A DNA stretch of 64,000 nucleotides from Candidatus Altimarinota bacterium (GTDB lineage: Bacteria; Patescibacteriota; Gracilibacteria; 1-14-2-50-48-13). The stretch is from contig JBKBWQ010000001.1 of the NCBI GenBank assembly GCA_046314355.1, positions 256,001 to 320,000 on the forward strand, read 5' to 3'. Positions 42,601-52,077 of this stretch are shown here, piece by piece. How positions within the stretch are numbered: position 1 is the stretch's first letter; every line of letters begins with the position of its first letter. The notes beneath the pieces are model-generated. The model was not told where the DNA came from and did not search any database. It was given only the letters and a program-made list of their open reading frames with translations. Position numbers and translations under genes: made by a program.

Positions 42601-43334
42601 GATCAACAATGTCTATCTCTACAGGCGGTAAGACATATCAAGCTACAGCCTTCAGCTTTTTGCCAGTAAAGTCTGACGGAAAGTTTTCAATACCTGCATG
42701 GACAAGAGGGACAGATAAAAGTACGATGTTTGATAATACATTCCGTTCACAACTGGATATAAGAAAAGAGGGAACTAATATCCTATATATTAATACCTTG
42801 AGCCTTGAAAACTATCTGAAGGGTGTTGCAGAGCTTCCAAGTAGTGATCCATTGGAAAAACAAAAGGCGCTTACTATTATTGCAAGAAGCTATGCTCTCT
42901 TTTATCAGAATCCAGCTAACAAGAGGACTAACCAAAGTACATATTATGATATGAGTGATGATCCAAATGAATACCAGAGATACCGAGGTTATGCATTTGA
43001 GATGCGAAATGCTACCTGGCTCTCTGCAATCAGCGCAACAACCAATAAAGTACTTACATATAACACAAAACTTATTAAACCACCTTTCTTTTCTGAGTCT
43101 GATGGACGTACCAGAAGTGCTCAGGAAATCTGGGGATGGACAAATACACCATACTTAGTATCTGTGAGTGATATCACATGTAAAGAAGGGAAAGGAGAAA
43201 TGAAAGGACATGGAGTAGGTTTGAGCGGATGCGGAGCATATGGGATGGCATCAGCAGGAAAAACATACCAGGAAATAATCTCATATTATTATAAGGGAAT
43301 TGCAGTATCAGATATAACTGCTACTAAACTGTAG
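39624..43334 (+). CDS. Giant secreted peptidoglycan hydrolase: PGRP-like Amidase_2, several Ig-like (NBR1-type) repeats, SpoIID/LytB domain
   Basis: Signal peptide MKHFFRNICAVTLLLSIF; VHHTA, GWGDIGYNY, IYEGRAGG, GHRD...TACPG; repeats KNTGTVTW / KNTSNVAW / KNNSSEPW / QNTGTLPW; LENYLKGVAE, KALTIIARSYA, GHGVGLS. Confidence 0.9.
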   Translation: MKHFFRNICAVTLLLSIFSQYQVPFVTFVPKVEAEFISPSAKSFTLPYVSEVTKTENEFNAIVAAWENPSTNFVMEIRTQQNNQWGEWKEVLLNHDGEDEDIDTKRFSEMQSVSPTNTFQYKITGLDDAKNIEFDNFDFLSFHEKSHVTFTSNIPSASAKIDGIIVTREEWGADPAWIEKESWDKERAAVCKAKPWYCGSSAASEKAIEEKAKQLAADFPDDVKTDSRSTTLNGKEVMWAISKSAKIKKIFVHHTAELNKDLNKDGVIDTQDEKMVMRNNYYFHSLVRGWGDIGYNYVVGSTGTIYEGRAGGDKVVAAHAVWRNISSTGISTMGNFEEENILTPQYTGLANAIGYVAKKYDLDPLGQSLFYGQTASTVQGHRDSEEAATACPGRNLYAKLPELRKLAALAKDQFLTVQSVEAGGFMQADVAKNGVGGSFIPQASMTSFGPQETKSIAIQVKNTGTVTWNKGSYLRITSQLDGVFIVQSGEKIPAKAAYLTETSVAPGGTGTFLLTLTSQYKKYTDAISFDAVINGSYLLKPSFIQVSAPDAILAYEVQNIVQPKKELIYGEETKILLMLKNTSNVAWNNSTIKLRNQNNAAQEFLPNGDGLMREAIVKPGETATFEVSLRAPIKTVNFDLNFLPVIQNAPSFTGPQIRVIGAVVHPALAKNFLLEQVSTTATTIRMGNTGMVTITLKNNSSEPWTGLSKYDIKPIFVSASPFIIPVSTVRFDRDYMNPGDTINVQIPVQASYTALSVPPLLQLKYLDLPLTKNPLNFPLLIPEETLKASYAASGNSMSMELNKQSTVQVLIQNTGTLPWKKDQVQLTLFGDSSNIRDASWIGSNVIGTFDGTKDIEPQQFALFKFSVYPKQLNVSPVFKLQFTNGPIVSIDGTLTIPPVKNSSTQSINGGAVEFGRSINRLVPTVKLFESGKLASASSTVQDTTFLKPIRIKLSYAETATTIQLKDSAYRLLMEGNTQSIIIPANSDVTLNAGSTMSISTGGKTYQATAFSFLPVKSDGKFSIPAWTRGTDKSTMFDNTFRSQLDIRKEGTNILYINTLSLENYLKGVAELPSSDPLEKQKALTIIARSYALFYQNPANKRTNQSTYYDMSDDPNEYQRYRGYAFEMRNATWLSAISATTNKVLTYNTKLIKPPFFSESDGRTRSAQEIWGWTNTPYLVSVSDITCKEGKGEMKGHGVGLSGCGAYGMASAGKTYQEIISYYYKGIAVSDITATKL

Positions 43335-43336
43335 AA

Positions 43337-43933
43337 TTATTTTTTCCCTAATCCGACAAGATACACTTCACGGCTTGAATCCCTGCATGCGTCGGGTTTT
43401 ACAATACGGACTTCCCGGTAATTTTTCTTCATTCTCCAAACGAAGCTGTCAAATTCACTGCCTTGAAATATTTTTATAAGACATGCACCGCCTTTCACTA
43501 AAAAATCTTTTGCCCATAGGAGTACTTCTTCTGAAAGCTCAATACTTCTCCAATGATCTATATCTTTTATTCCTGAAGTCTTAGGAGCAAGATCACTTAC
43601 AATAATATCGAAAGGCAAAGGATGAAGTAGCTTTACATCTTCTTTTATCTTTTCAGACGTAATATCACCTACCATAGTCTCCACTGTTGCACTGCTTAAA
43701 TCTTTGATGGGTGTAAGATCAATTCCAAGAAGATAGCCATCATCACCAATCTTCTTCTTTGTATACTGCATAAAGCTCCCTGGTGCTGCGCCTAGGTCAA
43801 GCACATGCATATGAGGTTTTATGAGATGAAAACGCTCATCTATTTCATCAAGCTTAAAGTAGGATCTAGCTCTGAGTCCTTGCTCTTTTGCTTTCTTAAA
43901 GTATTTATCTTGGGTATTCCAGGTTTTAGGCAT
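43337..43933 (-). CDS. rlmE: 23S rRNA U2552 2'-O-methyltransferase
   Basis: RARSYFKL, LDLGAAPGS, SDLAP, KPDACRDSSREVY. Confidence 0.95.
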   Translation of the reverse strand: MPKTWNTQDKYFKKAKEQGLRARSYFKLDEIDERFHLIKPHMHVLDLGAAPGSFMQYTKKKIGDDGYLLGIDLTPIKDLSSATVETMVGDITSEKIKEDVKLLHPLPFDIIVSDLAPKTSGIKDIDHWRSIELSEEVLLWAKDFLVKGGACLIKIFQGSEFDSFVWRMKKNYREVRIVKPDACRDSSREVYLVGLGKK

Positions 43934-43939
43934 AGATTT

Positions 43940-44659
43940 TTAAGATAATGGTTGGTCTTTAGGTGTACCTATTTTTCTAGGATAGATACTAGGAGTAGAT
44001 GCAGTTTTCTTTACATGGGCAATATAGCGTTCACCATAAGCTTCTGGAAGTGCGTATGAATGGATAGATTCAAGTGTACCTCCAAGTATTTGTAATACAG
44101 AAGTGGAACTCTCTACATCTGCACGCTGCTGATCACTGATATATACAGACATTGTACCATCTTTTTTTACAAGTGGGAGGCAATATTCTGCAAGCGTATT
44201 CCAGTGTGCAAGAGCCTTTGCTGTAACAAGATCAAATTTTTCTCTAAAAAGTATGTGCTGTCCGGCTTCTTCTACACGAATATGAGCTGTTTTTACATTT
44301 GTGATTTTAAATTCTGTACAAATATCATCAATAAGCTGTAGTTTTTTATTTACACTATCTATAAGTACAAAATGAGATTCAGGATAAAGAATAGCAAGAG
44401 GAATGCCTGGAAATCCTCCTCCTGTACCAAGATCAGCGATATGTGCATCTTTATTTAAAATAATTTTATCCTCAAGCGCGGGCAGAATACAATCAAGTAT
44501 GTTGAGGTAGTAAAAAGTCTCTGGAGTTTTATGTCCTGTGAAATTAAACTTCTCTACTTGAAGAAAATAGTACTCGCAGACTTTTCTGAGAAGTATCAGT
44601 CTTTCTTCCTTTAGAAAAGGATAGTCTTTTGAAAGTGTTTTAAAAAATGTATCAAACAT
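43940..44659 (-). CDS. rsmG: 16S rRNA m7G527 methyltransferase
   Basis: DLGTGGGFPGIPLAI, IDSVNKK, TPSIYPRKIGTP. Confidence 0.93.
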   Translation of the reverse strand: MFDTFFKTLSKDYPFLKEERLILLRKVCEYYFLQVEKFNFTGHKTPETFYYLNILDCILPALEDKIILNKDAHIADLGTGGGFPGIPLAILYPESHFVLIDSVNKKLQLIDDICTEFKITNVKTAHIRVEEAGQHILFREKFDLVTAKALAHWNTLAEYCLPLVKKDGTMSVYISDQQRADVESSTSVLQILGGTLESIHSYALPEAYGERYIAHVKKTASTPSIYPRKIGTPKDQPLS

Positions 44660-44747
44660 GTAGAAAATTTAAAATTCATAATTCGTATTTCTCTTGATAT
44701 TGGTCCATGGTATAGTACCTTGTACACACTATTTACAAAAGAGAATT

Positions 44748-46700
44748 ATGCAAAAATTTGAACTTGTATCAAAATATAAGCCCGCCGGAAGTCAGCCGGA
44801 CGCTATAGAATTGATTATTAAAAATATTAATAATAAAGTTGAAGCTCAAACCTTACTGGGTATTACAGGATCTGGTAAGACTTTCACTATGGCAAATGTT
44901 ATTGTTGATCAGCAAAGACCAACTTTGATTATTGCCCATAATAAGACCCTTGCAGCTCAGCTTGCCGCAGAATTCAAGGAGTTTTTTCCTAATAATGCGG
45001 TCCATTATTTCGTATCTTATTATGACTACTATCAGCCGGAAGCATATGTAGCTAAGACAGATACTTTTATCGAGAAGGATGCTGCCATCAATGAAGAAAT
45101 AGAAAAATTCAGACATGCTGCCACCGTAAGTCTTTTGACAAGAAGAGATGTAATCATTGTTGCATCAGTATCATGTATCTATGGTATTGGAGACATTAAA
45201 GATTATGAAGCACTATCCTTTGAACTAGAGGTAGGTGCCCACTATCAGAGAGATGAGCTGCTAAAGCAGTTTGTATCGCTGCAGTATAAAAGAAGTAAAA
45301 TCGAATTCAAACGGGGAATGTTTCACGTACTCGGAGATCTTGTGGAGCTTTTTCCGCCAAACTCAGATACCATCTACCGAATGGAGTTTTTTGATGATGA
45401 ATTAGAAAGAATGTATGAAACAGATCCTATTACGGGAGAAATATTTCAGGAATTTAAAACGCTCAGAATATTTCCTGCAAATCACTATGCCACTCCTCCA
45501 AGCCGTGTGGAAGAAATAATTCCTCTTATAAAAGAAGAGTTGGAAATGCAGGTCAAGAATTTTCAGGATCAGGGCAAGATCATGGAAGCGGCGAGAATCC
45601 GCCAAAGGACTGAATACGATATTGAGATGCTCAAGGAAATGGGATTTACACAGGGTATTGAAAATTATTCTAGATATCTTTCAGGTAGAGAGCCGGGATC
45701 AGCTGCCACTACACTGATCGATTATTTTCCAAAGGATTTCTTAACTTTTGTAGATGAGTCTCATATTACGATTCCTCAGATAGGAGGAATGTATAATGGT
45801 GACAGAGCAAGAAAAGAGAACCTCGTAAACTACGGATTCAGACTCCCAAGTGCCCTGGATAATAGACCTTTGAAATTTAATGAATTTGAAGAAAGAATCA
45901 GACAACATGTGTTTGTATCCGCAACACCGGGTAAGTATGAAAAACTTGTAGCTCCTGATTTTGTTATTGAGCAGATTATTCGTCCAACAGGGCTTTTGGA
46001 TCCAGAGATTGAAGTGAAGCCGACAAAAGGAATGGTTGATGATCTTTTGATTGAGATACGGAAAGTAATAGCAAAAAATGAAAAGGTTCTAGTTACTACT
46101 TTAACAAAGAGAAATGCTGAAGACCTCACAGATTACTTTCAGGAACAGGATTTTAAAGTAAAATATCTGCATTCCGACATTGATACCATTGAACGAATAG
46201 AAATATTAAGAGAACTTCGTACGGGAGTAATAGATATTATTGTAGGTATCAATCTGCTTCGAGAAGGTCTCGACCTGCCAGAGGTATCTTTAGTTACCAT
46301 CATTGATGCAGATAAAGAAGGTTTCCTCCGCTCGGAAAGTGCCCTTATGCAAACTATAGGACGTGCTGCCCGAAACTCCAATGGACGAGTAATCATGTAC
46401 GCTGATAAAATGACTGGAGCCATGAATGCAGCTATTGCAGAAACTAATAGACGACGTATTCTTCAAATAGAATACAACAAAGAGCACGGCATGACTCCAA
46501 AGACAGTTATTTCTTCCATCAAAGATATCGGACTAGAGGGCAAAAAGAAAAAGTTTGAGATCCCAAATAAGCTCTCGTCTAAAGAGAAGAAAAGACTCAT
46601 GGCAAAACTTGAACTTGAAATGGACTTTCATGCAGCAAATCTTGAATTTGAAAAAGCTGCTGAATTAAGAGATCAGATAGAGACGCTTAAGAGTTTGTAG
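44748..46700 (+). CDS. uvrB: Excinuclease ABC subunit B
   Basis: LLGITGSGKTFT, YFVSYYDYYQPEAY, DESH, GRAARN, FEKAAELRD; start at MQKF. Confidence 0.98.
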   Translation: MQKFELVSKYKPAGSQPDAIELIIKNINNKVEAQTLLGITGSGKTFTMANVIVDQQRPTLIIAHNKTLAAQLAAEFKEFFPNNAVHYFVSYYDYYQPEAYVAKTDTFIEKDAAINEEIEKFRHAATVSLLTRRDVIIVASVSCIYGIGDIKDYEALSFELEVGAHYQRDELLKQFVSLQYKRSKIEFKRGMFHVLGDLVELFPPNSDTIYRMEFFDDELERMYETDPITGEIFQEFKTLRIFPANHYATPPSRVEEIIPLIKEELEMQVKNFQDQGKIMEAARIRQRTEYDIEMLKEMGFTQGIENYSRYLSGREPGSAATTLIDYFPKDFLTFVDESHITIPQIGGMYNGDRARKENLVNYGFRLPSALDNRPLKFNEFEERIRQHVFVSATPGKYEKLVAPDFVIEQIIRPTGLLDPEIEVKPTKGMVDDLLIEIRKVIAKNEKVLVTTLTKRNAEDLTDYFQEQDFKVKYLHSDIDTIERIEILRELRTGVIDIIVGINLLREGLDLPEVSLVTIIDADKEGFLRSESALMQTIGRAARNSNGRVIMYADKMTGAMNAAIAETNRRRILQIEYNKEHGMTPKTVISSIKDIGLEGKKKKFEIPNKLSSKEKKRLMAKLELEMDFHAANLEFEKAAELRDQIETLKSL

Positions 46701-46710
46701 GAAAGAATCA

Positions 46711-46797
46711 AATAATTAGGGCTGCAATAATTGGACTCAATAATTGAGCTCAATTATTTGAGTCATAATTATGAGTTATAATTACTAAATTACTTTC
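46711..46797. repeat. Palindromic intergenic element, copy 2
   Basis: aataattgagctcaattatt at 46739-46758; gggctgcaataattggactcaataat matches the reverse complement of 10158-10183 at 25/26. Confidence 0.85.
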
Positions 46798-47889
46798 TTA
46801 CTCTTTTACTTTCATAAAACTTCCTAAGGCCACAGCAGAGATCAATATCATAATCAGCATTCCTATTACTGGAATCTGAAGAATCAGAGTAGTTACTAGC
46901 GAGCCCGCTAGAGCTATCAGTAAGACATAGTGTCTGTCAGTCGTGTCTTTCGTCAGAAGCAGTGTGCCAAGATACATAGCTGCGAGGAGAGGGCTAATAC
47001 AGACAGCAGCTAGGTATAAGAAGAAAAGAGCTATAATCAATGGGAATCCTACTACTGTAAAAACTAGGATTAAAAAGAGAACAGGTATCAGTATTCCACC
47101 AAGAAATCCTTTCACAAAGGATGATAAGGTCTGAGTTTTCATAATCTCTACTTGTCTCAGTAATATTCCTGGAAAAAACCAGCTGCAAAGTGTAAGAGCA
47201 AGAAATAGCGATATAAATATTGAAAGGGCATTCATCACACGATCCCAAGTAGTAATCTCGGTACCTTGAACTTCATTCTTTTGGATTTTTCCTTCAACAG
47301 TGCCAGGTTTTACCTCCACTTGAGAATTTGCAGCATAAGAAAAATCTTTTTTGACTTTAAAAGTATCTCCAAGCTTTAGGATTGAAGATTCCACTACAAC
47401 ATTTCCATTCTGTACTCCGCCTAATGTAAGATCAGAGGTCTTTATTTCTAAGGATTTTTCACTACTGCCGTTAAAGATTGTATTAGCAGAAAATATCATA
47501 GTATGGCCTGAAGATGTTGCTCCATCGTCCACCACAATACTCCCTCCAGTAAGAAGCAGATCTTCACCCACATGTGAACTTTTTATATGTATCTCTCCTG
47601 CAGCAATCCGTACATCACCTAAGATAGGAGCATTTATTTCTACACTTCGAGCTGCTATCTGTAAATCTCCATTGATGAGCGCATTTATAATCACGTCTCC
47701 TGCAAATATCATCACATCTTTAGGAGCAGGAGAAGTAAGAGTGACTTGTTCCGCAAATAAATATAAATTTTCATTTTCTAATTTTTCGCCTGTCCCAGTC
47801 TGGGCATAGGTAAAACTGGGCATAAAAAGTCCCCCTGCTATAAGTAAAGCAAAGGTAAGTAACATGATCCGCTTGAAATACTTAGTCAC
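46798..47889 (-). CDS. Membrane protein with signal peptide, bactofilin-like (polymer-forming) beta repeats and C-terminal TM bundle
   Basis: Repeats DVMIFAGDV / DLQIAARSV / DVRIAAGEI / DLLLTGGSI; 4-5 TM helices at the C-terminus; GTG start. Confidence 0.75.
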   Translation of the reverse strand: MTKYFKRIMLLTFALLIAGGLFMPSFTYAQTGTGEKLENENLYLFAEQVTLTSPAPKDVMIFAGDVIINALINGDLQIAARSVEINAPILGDVRIAAGEIHIKSSHVGEDLLLTGGSIVVDDGATSSGHTMIFSANTIFNGSSEKSLEIKTSDLTLGGVQNGNVVVESSILKLGDTFKVKKDFSYAANSQVEVKPGTVEGKIQKNEVQGTEITTWDRVMNALSIFISLFLALTLCSWFFPGILLRQVEIMKTQTLSSFVKGFLGGILIPVLFLILVFTVVGFPLIIALFFLYLAAVCISPLLAAMYLGTLLLTKDTTDRHYVLLIALAGSLVTTLILQIPVIGMLIMILISAVALGSFMKVKE

Positions 47890-48013
47890 AGAGCAGTGAA
47901 TTTAATAAATATATAACTTTTTATAAAAAAGTCTTGATGGTGATAATTAAATCACCTATAGTAATTTTGTACTTAAAGCAGAGAGTACTTTCACCTACTG
48001 ATTCAACACAATT

Positions 48014-48445
48014 ATGATTACTATCACAACACAGGCAAAATTTGACGCTTTATTTGCAGCCGTTCTCTTAAAAAGAATACTCGTTTCAAATGCTGCAAAA
48101 ATTGTACTGGAATCAGATGCAATTTCAAGCAAATTATCCCTTGATATAAATAGTTATTCTCTTGAGAATCTTGTTCATGAGTATGAGAGAAAATTTGAAA
48201 AAATTGATATTATGCATAGCGGTACAGGTGAATGGCATACCTTTCAAGAAAGCATCCAGCAGTACTGCGGCGAATCAAATGAAAACCAGGATCTGACTTT
48301 TCTTATTAATGCTCTAGAGCAGATAATTACTGAGAAGGGACAGAGACAAGTTACTCTAGCAAAAGATTTACAGAAAAAACTGCTTCACAAAAATAAACTA
48401 CAATATGGACTCTCACTTCTCCCATTACAATTCGCCGCAAGATAA
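48014..48445 (+). CDS. Hypothetical protein
   Basis: 143-aa ORF with its own terminator; N-terminus weakly DHH/MYG1-like (FDALFAAVLL). Confidence 0.6.
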   Translation: MITITTQAKFDALFAAVLLKRILVSNAAKIVLESDAISSKLSLDINSYSLENLVHEYERKFEKIDIMHSGTGEWHTFQESIQQYCGESNENQDLTFLINALEQIITEKGQRQVTLAKDLQKKLLHKNKLQYGLSLLPLQFAAR

Positions 48446-48481
48446 ATAAAAAGTCGGATCATACTCCGGCTTTTTATTTAT
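48442..48481 (+). terminator. Intrinsic terminator
   Basis: ataaataaaaagtcgga-tcatac-tccggctttttatttat. Confidence 0.8.
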
Positions 48482-48536
48482 CTGTTGATGTTTATCAAAA
48501 TTTTTCTACCATAGGATCATCTATTAAAACACTTTT

Positions 48537-49445
48537 ATGACTAGGGAGGAAATAGCACAAATAGTAAAATCTACTGCCGCGGAAGTGGGATTTGATCTTT
48601 GCGGTATTACAAAGGCTGAAGTAGTACCGGAAGCCCAAGCCCGTTTTGTCGACTGGATTAAAAAAGGTTATCACGCAGATATGAAGTATCTTGAAAATAT
48701 TGAAAGACGAACCAATCCTCTGGAAGTAATGAATAAGGCAAAATCACTCATTATGCTCGCTGTTAACTACTACTCTCAGGAGAAAGAGGAAGAAGAGAGT
48801 ATGAAAGTTGCAAGATATGCAAGAGGCAGAGACTACCATAAGTATATTGGTAATCTGCTAAAGCAGTTTACTAGAAAACTCAAAGAACAGTTCCCGGAAG
48901 AAGAGTTCAGATTTTATGTAGATTACGGTCCTTTTTTAGAAAGAACATATGCTGAACTCGCAGGCATAGGTTTTATAGGCAAGAACGGCAATATAATTAC
49001 TGACAAATTTGGAAGCTGGGTACTGCTGGCAGAAGTCATCACATCTCTTGAGATGGAGTATGATACTCCTAGTGTAAGAAAATGCGGCACCTGCACAAAG
49101 TGTCTTACATCATGTCCCACAGATGCCTTTGTGTCAGAAGGAGTTCTCGATGCGAAAAGATGTATTTCGTATTATACTATTGAAAGTAAAGCAGATACGA
49201 TTCCTGAAGATATAAAAGAAAAAATGAAAGGCTGGGCATTCGGTTGTGATATCTGCCAGGAAGTCTGTCCATTTAATAATAGACTGAGAAACAAGGAAAC
49301 AGAGCACTCTGATTTAAAACCTAGATACGCCTCTCTACATGAAAAAATGGATGCACTTGAATCTGATGAGAATTTTCTTGAAACCTTTCAGGGAACGCCT
49401 CTCATGAGAGCAAAAAGAAAAGGCATAAAAAGAAATATCACTTAA
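48537..49445 (+). CDS. queG: Epoxyqueuosine reductase
   Basis: VARYARGRDYH, AGIGFIGKN, CGTCTKCLTSCPT, GCDICQEVCP. Confidence 0.95.
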   Translation: MTREEIAQIVKSTAAEVGFDLCGITKAEVVPEAQARFVDWIKKGYHADMKYLENIERRTNPLEVMNKAKSLIMLAVNYYSQEKEEEESMKVARYARGRDYHKYIGNLLKQFTRKLKEQFPEEEFRFYVDYGPFLERTYAELAGIGFIGKNGNIITDKFGSWVLLAEVITSLEMEYDTPSVRKCGTCTKCLTSCPTDAFVSEGVLDAKRCISYYTIESKADTIPEDIKEKMKGWAFGCDICQEVCPFNNRLRNKETEHSDLKPRYASLHEKMDALESDENFLETFQGTPLMRAKRKGIKRNIT

Positions 49446-49536
49446 AGTAACTTTTATGGCAAATAAACATATCTATTTGCCTATATTTATTGGATGAATA
49501 TACTAAGATGGATTGAAAATTTACCGTCTATAGAGA

Positions 49537-50454
49537 ATGAACTCCAATTTAGAACTTCCAAACACCTCCATTGAAGATCAAGTGTCATTAACACATTCTT
49601 ATTTTTTGTTGGGAATGCTCTTTGAAAAAGTAAGAAATGAACCAATCTACACGCAGGTACATCCATTATTTCTTCTTCACACTGCTTATACTCTTCAAAA
49701 AGAATACAGTGAGGCACCAGAAATATTAAACATCTGGAAATACCTTGTAGGCATAAATATACCTCAACTAAAAGAACTGAAAAAAATTCAGGAGCTGTTT
49801 TGTATAATTGCTGCAATGCAGGATATAAGTCAAAGTGACGGACATATTACGGCGAAGTTCTTAGAAAAATACTTCGCCAATTATCTAGGGAAAAATATAA
49901 GTAAAATTCAGAATATCTCAGTATCCCTTAAAAAGGAAACCCATGAAGTGGTGCTGAGCAAAATTATTTTTGAGATAAATAACCTCGTTTCATCACAAAA
50001 AGTACTTCAAAAATATCCCTTGATAGTGCGTCTGATTTCAAACGCCGCAATCTCAGTCAATGGCTTACTCCCTTATCCTTATCTTAATATAGACTTTTCT
50101 GAAGATCAGGAGCTTGTTGGGATAAGTAATAAAAGTGTTACAAAAGCACTTGAAAAATGTATGAGAGAGTTTGACCAGTTAAAGAACATGCATTCAATGC
50201 ATTTAAAAAGGATTGCAACCTTAGGAAGAGTAAGCGGATCTGCAGAAAAACTCTACACTTATCTTTTGAAAAAACCTGTAGTGACGACTAAAGATGTACA
50301 GTCCATCTTAGGTATTGCAAAACCAAATGCCCTTCTGATGATAGACCGTTTTATTGAAATTGGTATTTTATGCCAGATGAGTACTGGAGAAAGAAACCGT
50401 ATCTATGGTCACTATGATCTACTAAAAATATTTGATCTGAATCAAATAAAATAA
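49537..50454 (+). CDS. Fic-family-derived protein lacking the catalytic motif, with C-terminal winged HTH
   Basis: C-terminal KPVVTTKDVQSILG...GIL...TGERNRIY typical of Fic-HTH proteins; no HPFxxGNGR. Confidence 0.6.
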   Translation: MNSNLELPNTSIEDQVSLTHSYFLLGMLFEKVRNEPIYTQVHPLFLLHTAYTLQKEYSEAPEILNIWKYLVGINIPQLKELKKIQELFCIIAAMQDISQSDGHITAKFLEKYFANYLGKNISKIQNISVSLKKETHEVVLSKIIFEINNLVSSQKVLQKYPLIVRLISNAAISVNGLLPYPYLNIDFSEDQELVGISNKSVTKALEKCMREFDQLKNMHSMHLKRIATLGRVSGSAEKLYTYLLKKPVVTTKDVQSILGIAKPNALLMIDRFIEIGILCQMSTGERNRIYGHYDLLKIFDLNQIK

Positions 50455-50543
50455 AAATTGAGTCTCATTATGTAAGCATCCCGTTGCTATTTAGATATCT
50501 TTTCTATAGAATATCCAGCGTTATATTATAAAAAAAATGACAC

Positions 50544-52028
50544 GTGAATCCTACAATTTCTCTACAACTTGAAAAGGACTATAAGCCGCAGAAACAGCAA
50601 GGTATAGTCGTATTTCTTTTTTCAAATTTTGATATATCAGATGTTCCAGCATCCTTCCAGAAATACTTTGACGCATTAATTGATCAGAAATTTAAGGCGG
50701 AGAGTGACTCCAGCAGCGTTTTTAACGATGGCATGCAGCAAACAACATTCATAGGATGCGGAGATAAAAAAGATTTTCATATATCAGACATTCATGAACA
50801 GCTCGGAAATACACTTCGAGCAGCTGGTAAAAAATATGCAAAAGTTATGGTATATGCAGATGCTTTACTAAAAAATACCTCTGCAGAAGCTGCTCTCAAA
50901 GAGATAATTCTCACTGCAGAACTCTCACTTTATACATTTGATAAGTATAAATCAGAAGCTTCAAAGAAAGAAAATATTGAGCAAAAGGAAGTGGTCATAC
51001 TACTCACAAACATCGAAGAAAAATTCAGAAAAATTCAGGAAGAAACACTAATACTTTCTGAAGGAATTAAGTTTACAAGAGATATCTGTAACGAACCACC
51101 AAATGTGGCAACTCCAATGTATCTCGCTTACCATATGAAAGCCGACACTGCGGATACCCCTTATACAATAGAAATCTTCGACGATAAAAAAATACAAGAA
51201 ATGGGAATGAATCTTGTATATGCTGTAGGAAAGGGAAGTACGAAACCATCGTACTTTATCAAACTATCCTACTTCGGAGATGCAACAACAAAGGAGTTTA
51301 GAGCACTTGTAGGAAAAGGAGTAGCTTTTGATGCAGGGGGAAATCAGGTAAAACCGGATTTCTCTATGTGCACAATGAAAACAGATATGTCAGGTGCTGC
51401 AGCAGTAATGGGAACTATTCATACAATCGCAAATCTTAAGCTGAAGACAAATGTGATCGGTTATATCCCATTCGTGCAGAACATGCCTGATGGAAACGCC
51501 TTCTGTCCTGATGATGTATATACGGCATTCAATGGAAAAACAGTGGAAATCATACATACTGATGCGGAAGGAAGGCTTATCCTTGCGGATGCGCTTGCGT
51601 ATGCAAGTCTAGAGAATCCTATTGAGATTATTGATCTGGCGACACTTACTGGAGCAGCAATAGTTGCATTAGGCGATGAATTTGGAGCTATTATGGGTAC
51701 TGGAGAAGATCTTAAGAGAGAGCTAAAAGAGATTGGAGATACAATAAATGAAAAATTATGGCCTCTACCTTTTCATAAGGCATATAAAAAACACTTGAAG
51801 AGTAATATTGCAGATCTTGCAAATCTTCCTCAGACCCGTATGACACCAGGAACTATCATTGGAGGAATGTTCTTAAAAGAGTTTGTAGATGAAAAAATCC
51901 CATGGGTACATCTTGATATTGCAGGTACTACACATGTCTCAGCGGATTCTGGTCTAAAATCAGGCAGTTCCACTGGCTTCGGTGTACGACTATTGGTAGA
52001 ATACCTTACGAGCAAACAGAAGGCTTAA
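50544..52028 (+). CDS. pepA: Leucyl aminopeptidase (M17)
   Basis: VGKGVAFDAGG, MKTDMSG, HTDAEGRLILADAL, DLATLTGA, WVHLDIAG. Confidence 0.97.
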   Translation: MNPTISLQLEKDYKPQKQQGIVVFLFSNFDISDVPASFQKYFDALIDQKFKAESDSSSVFNDGMQQTTFIGCGDKKDFHISDIHEQLGNTLRAAGKKYAKVMVYADALLKNTSAEAALKEIILTAELSLYTFDKYKSEASKKENIEQKEVVILLTNIEEKFRKIQEETLILSEGIKFTRDICNEPPNVATPMYLAYHMKADTADTPYTIEIFDDKKIQEMGMNLVYAVGKGSTKPSYFIKLSYFGDATTKEFRALVGKGVAFDAGGNQVKPDFSMCTMKTDMSGAAAVMGTIHTIANLKLKTNVIGYIPFVQNMPDGNAFCPDDVYTAFNGKTVEIIHTDAEGRLILADALAYASLENPIEIIDLATLTGAAIVALGDEFGAIMGTGEDLKRELKEIGDTINEKLWPLPFHKAYKKHLKSNIADLANLPQTRMTPGTIIGGMFLKEFVDEKIPWVHLDIAGTTHVSADSGLKSGSSTGFGVRLLVEYLTSKQKA

Positions 52029-52077
52029 GTTTATTAGGCACCAGTCTTTAATTATTGCATTATATTGTTGAACAACG

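Noticed and set aside
44660-44747. LexA/SOS box upstream of uvrB
   Set aside because: No CTGT-N8-ACAG or GAAC-N4-GTTC match seen
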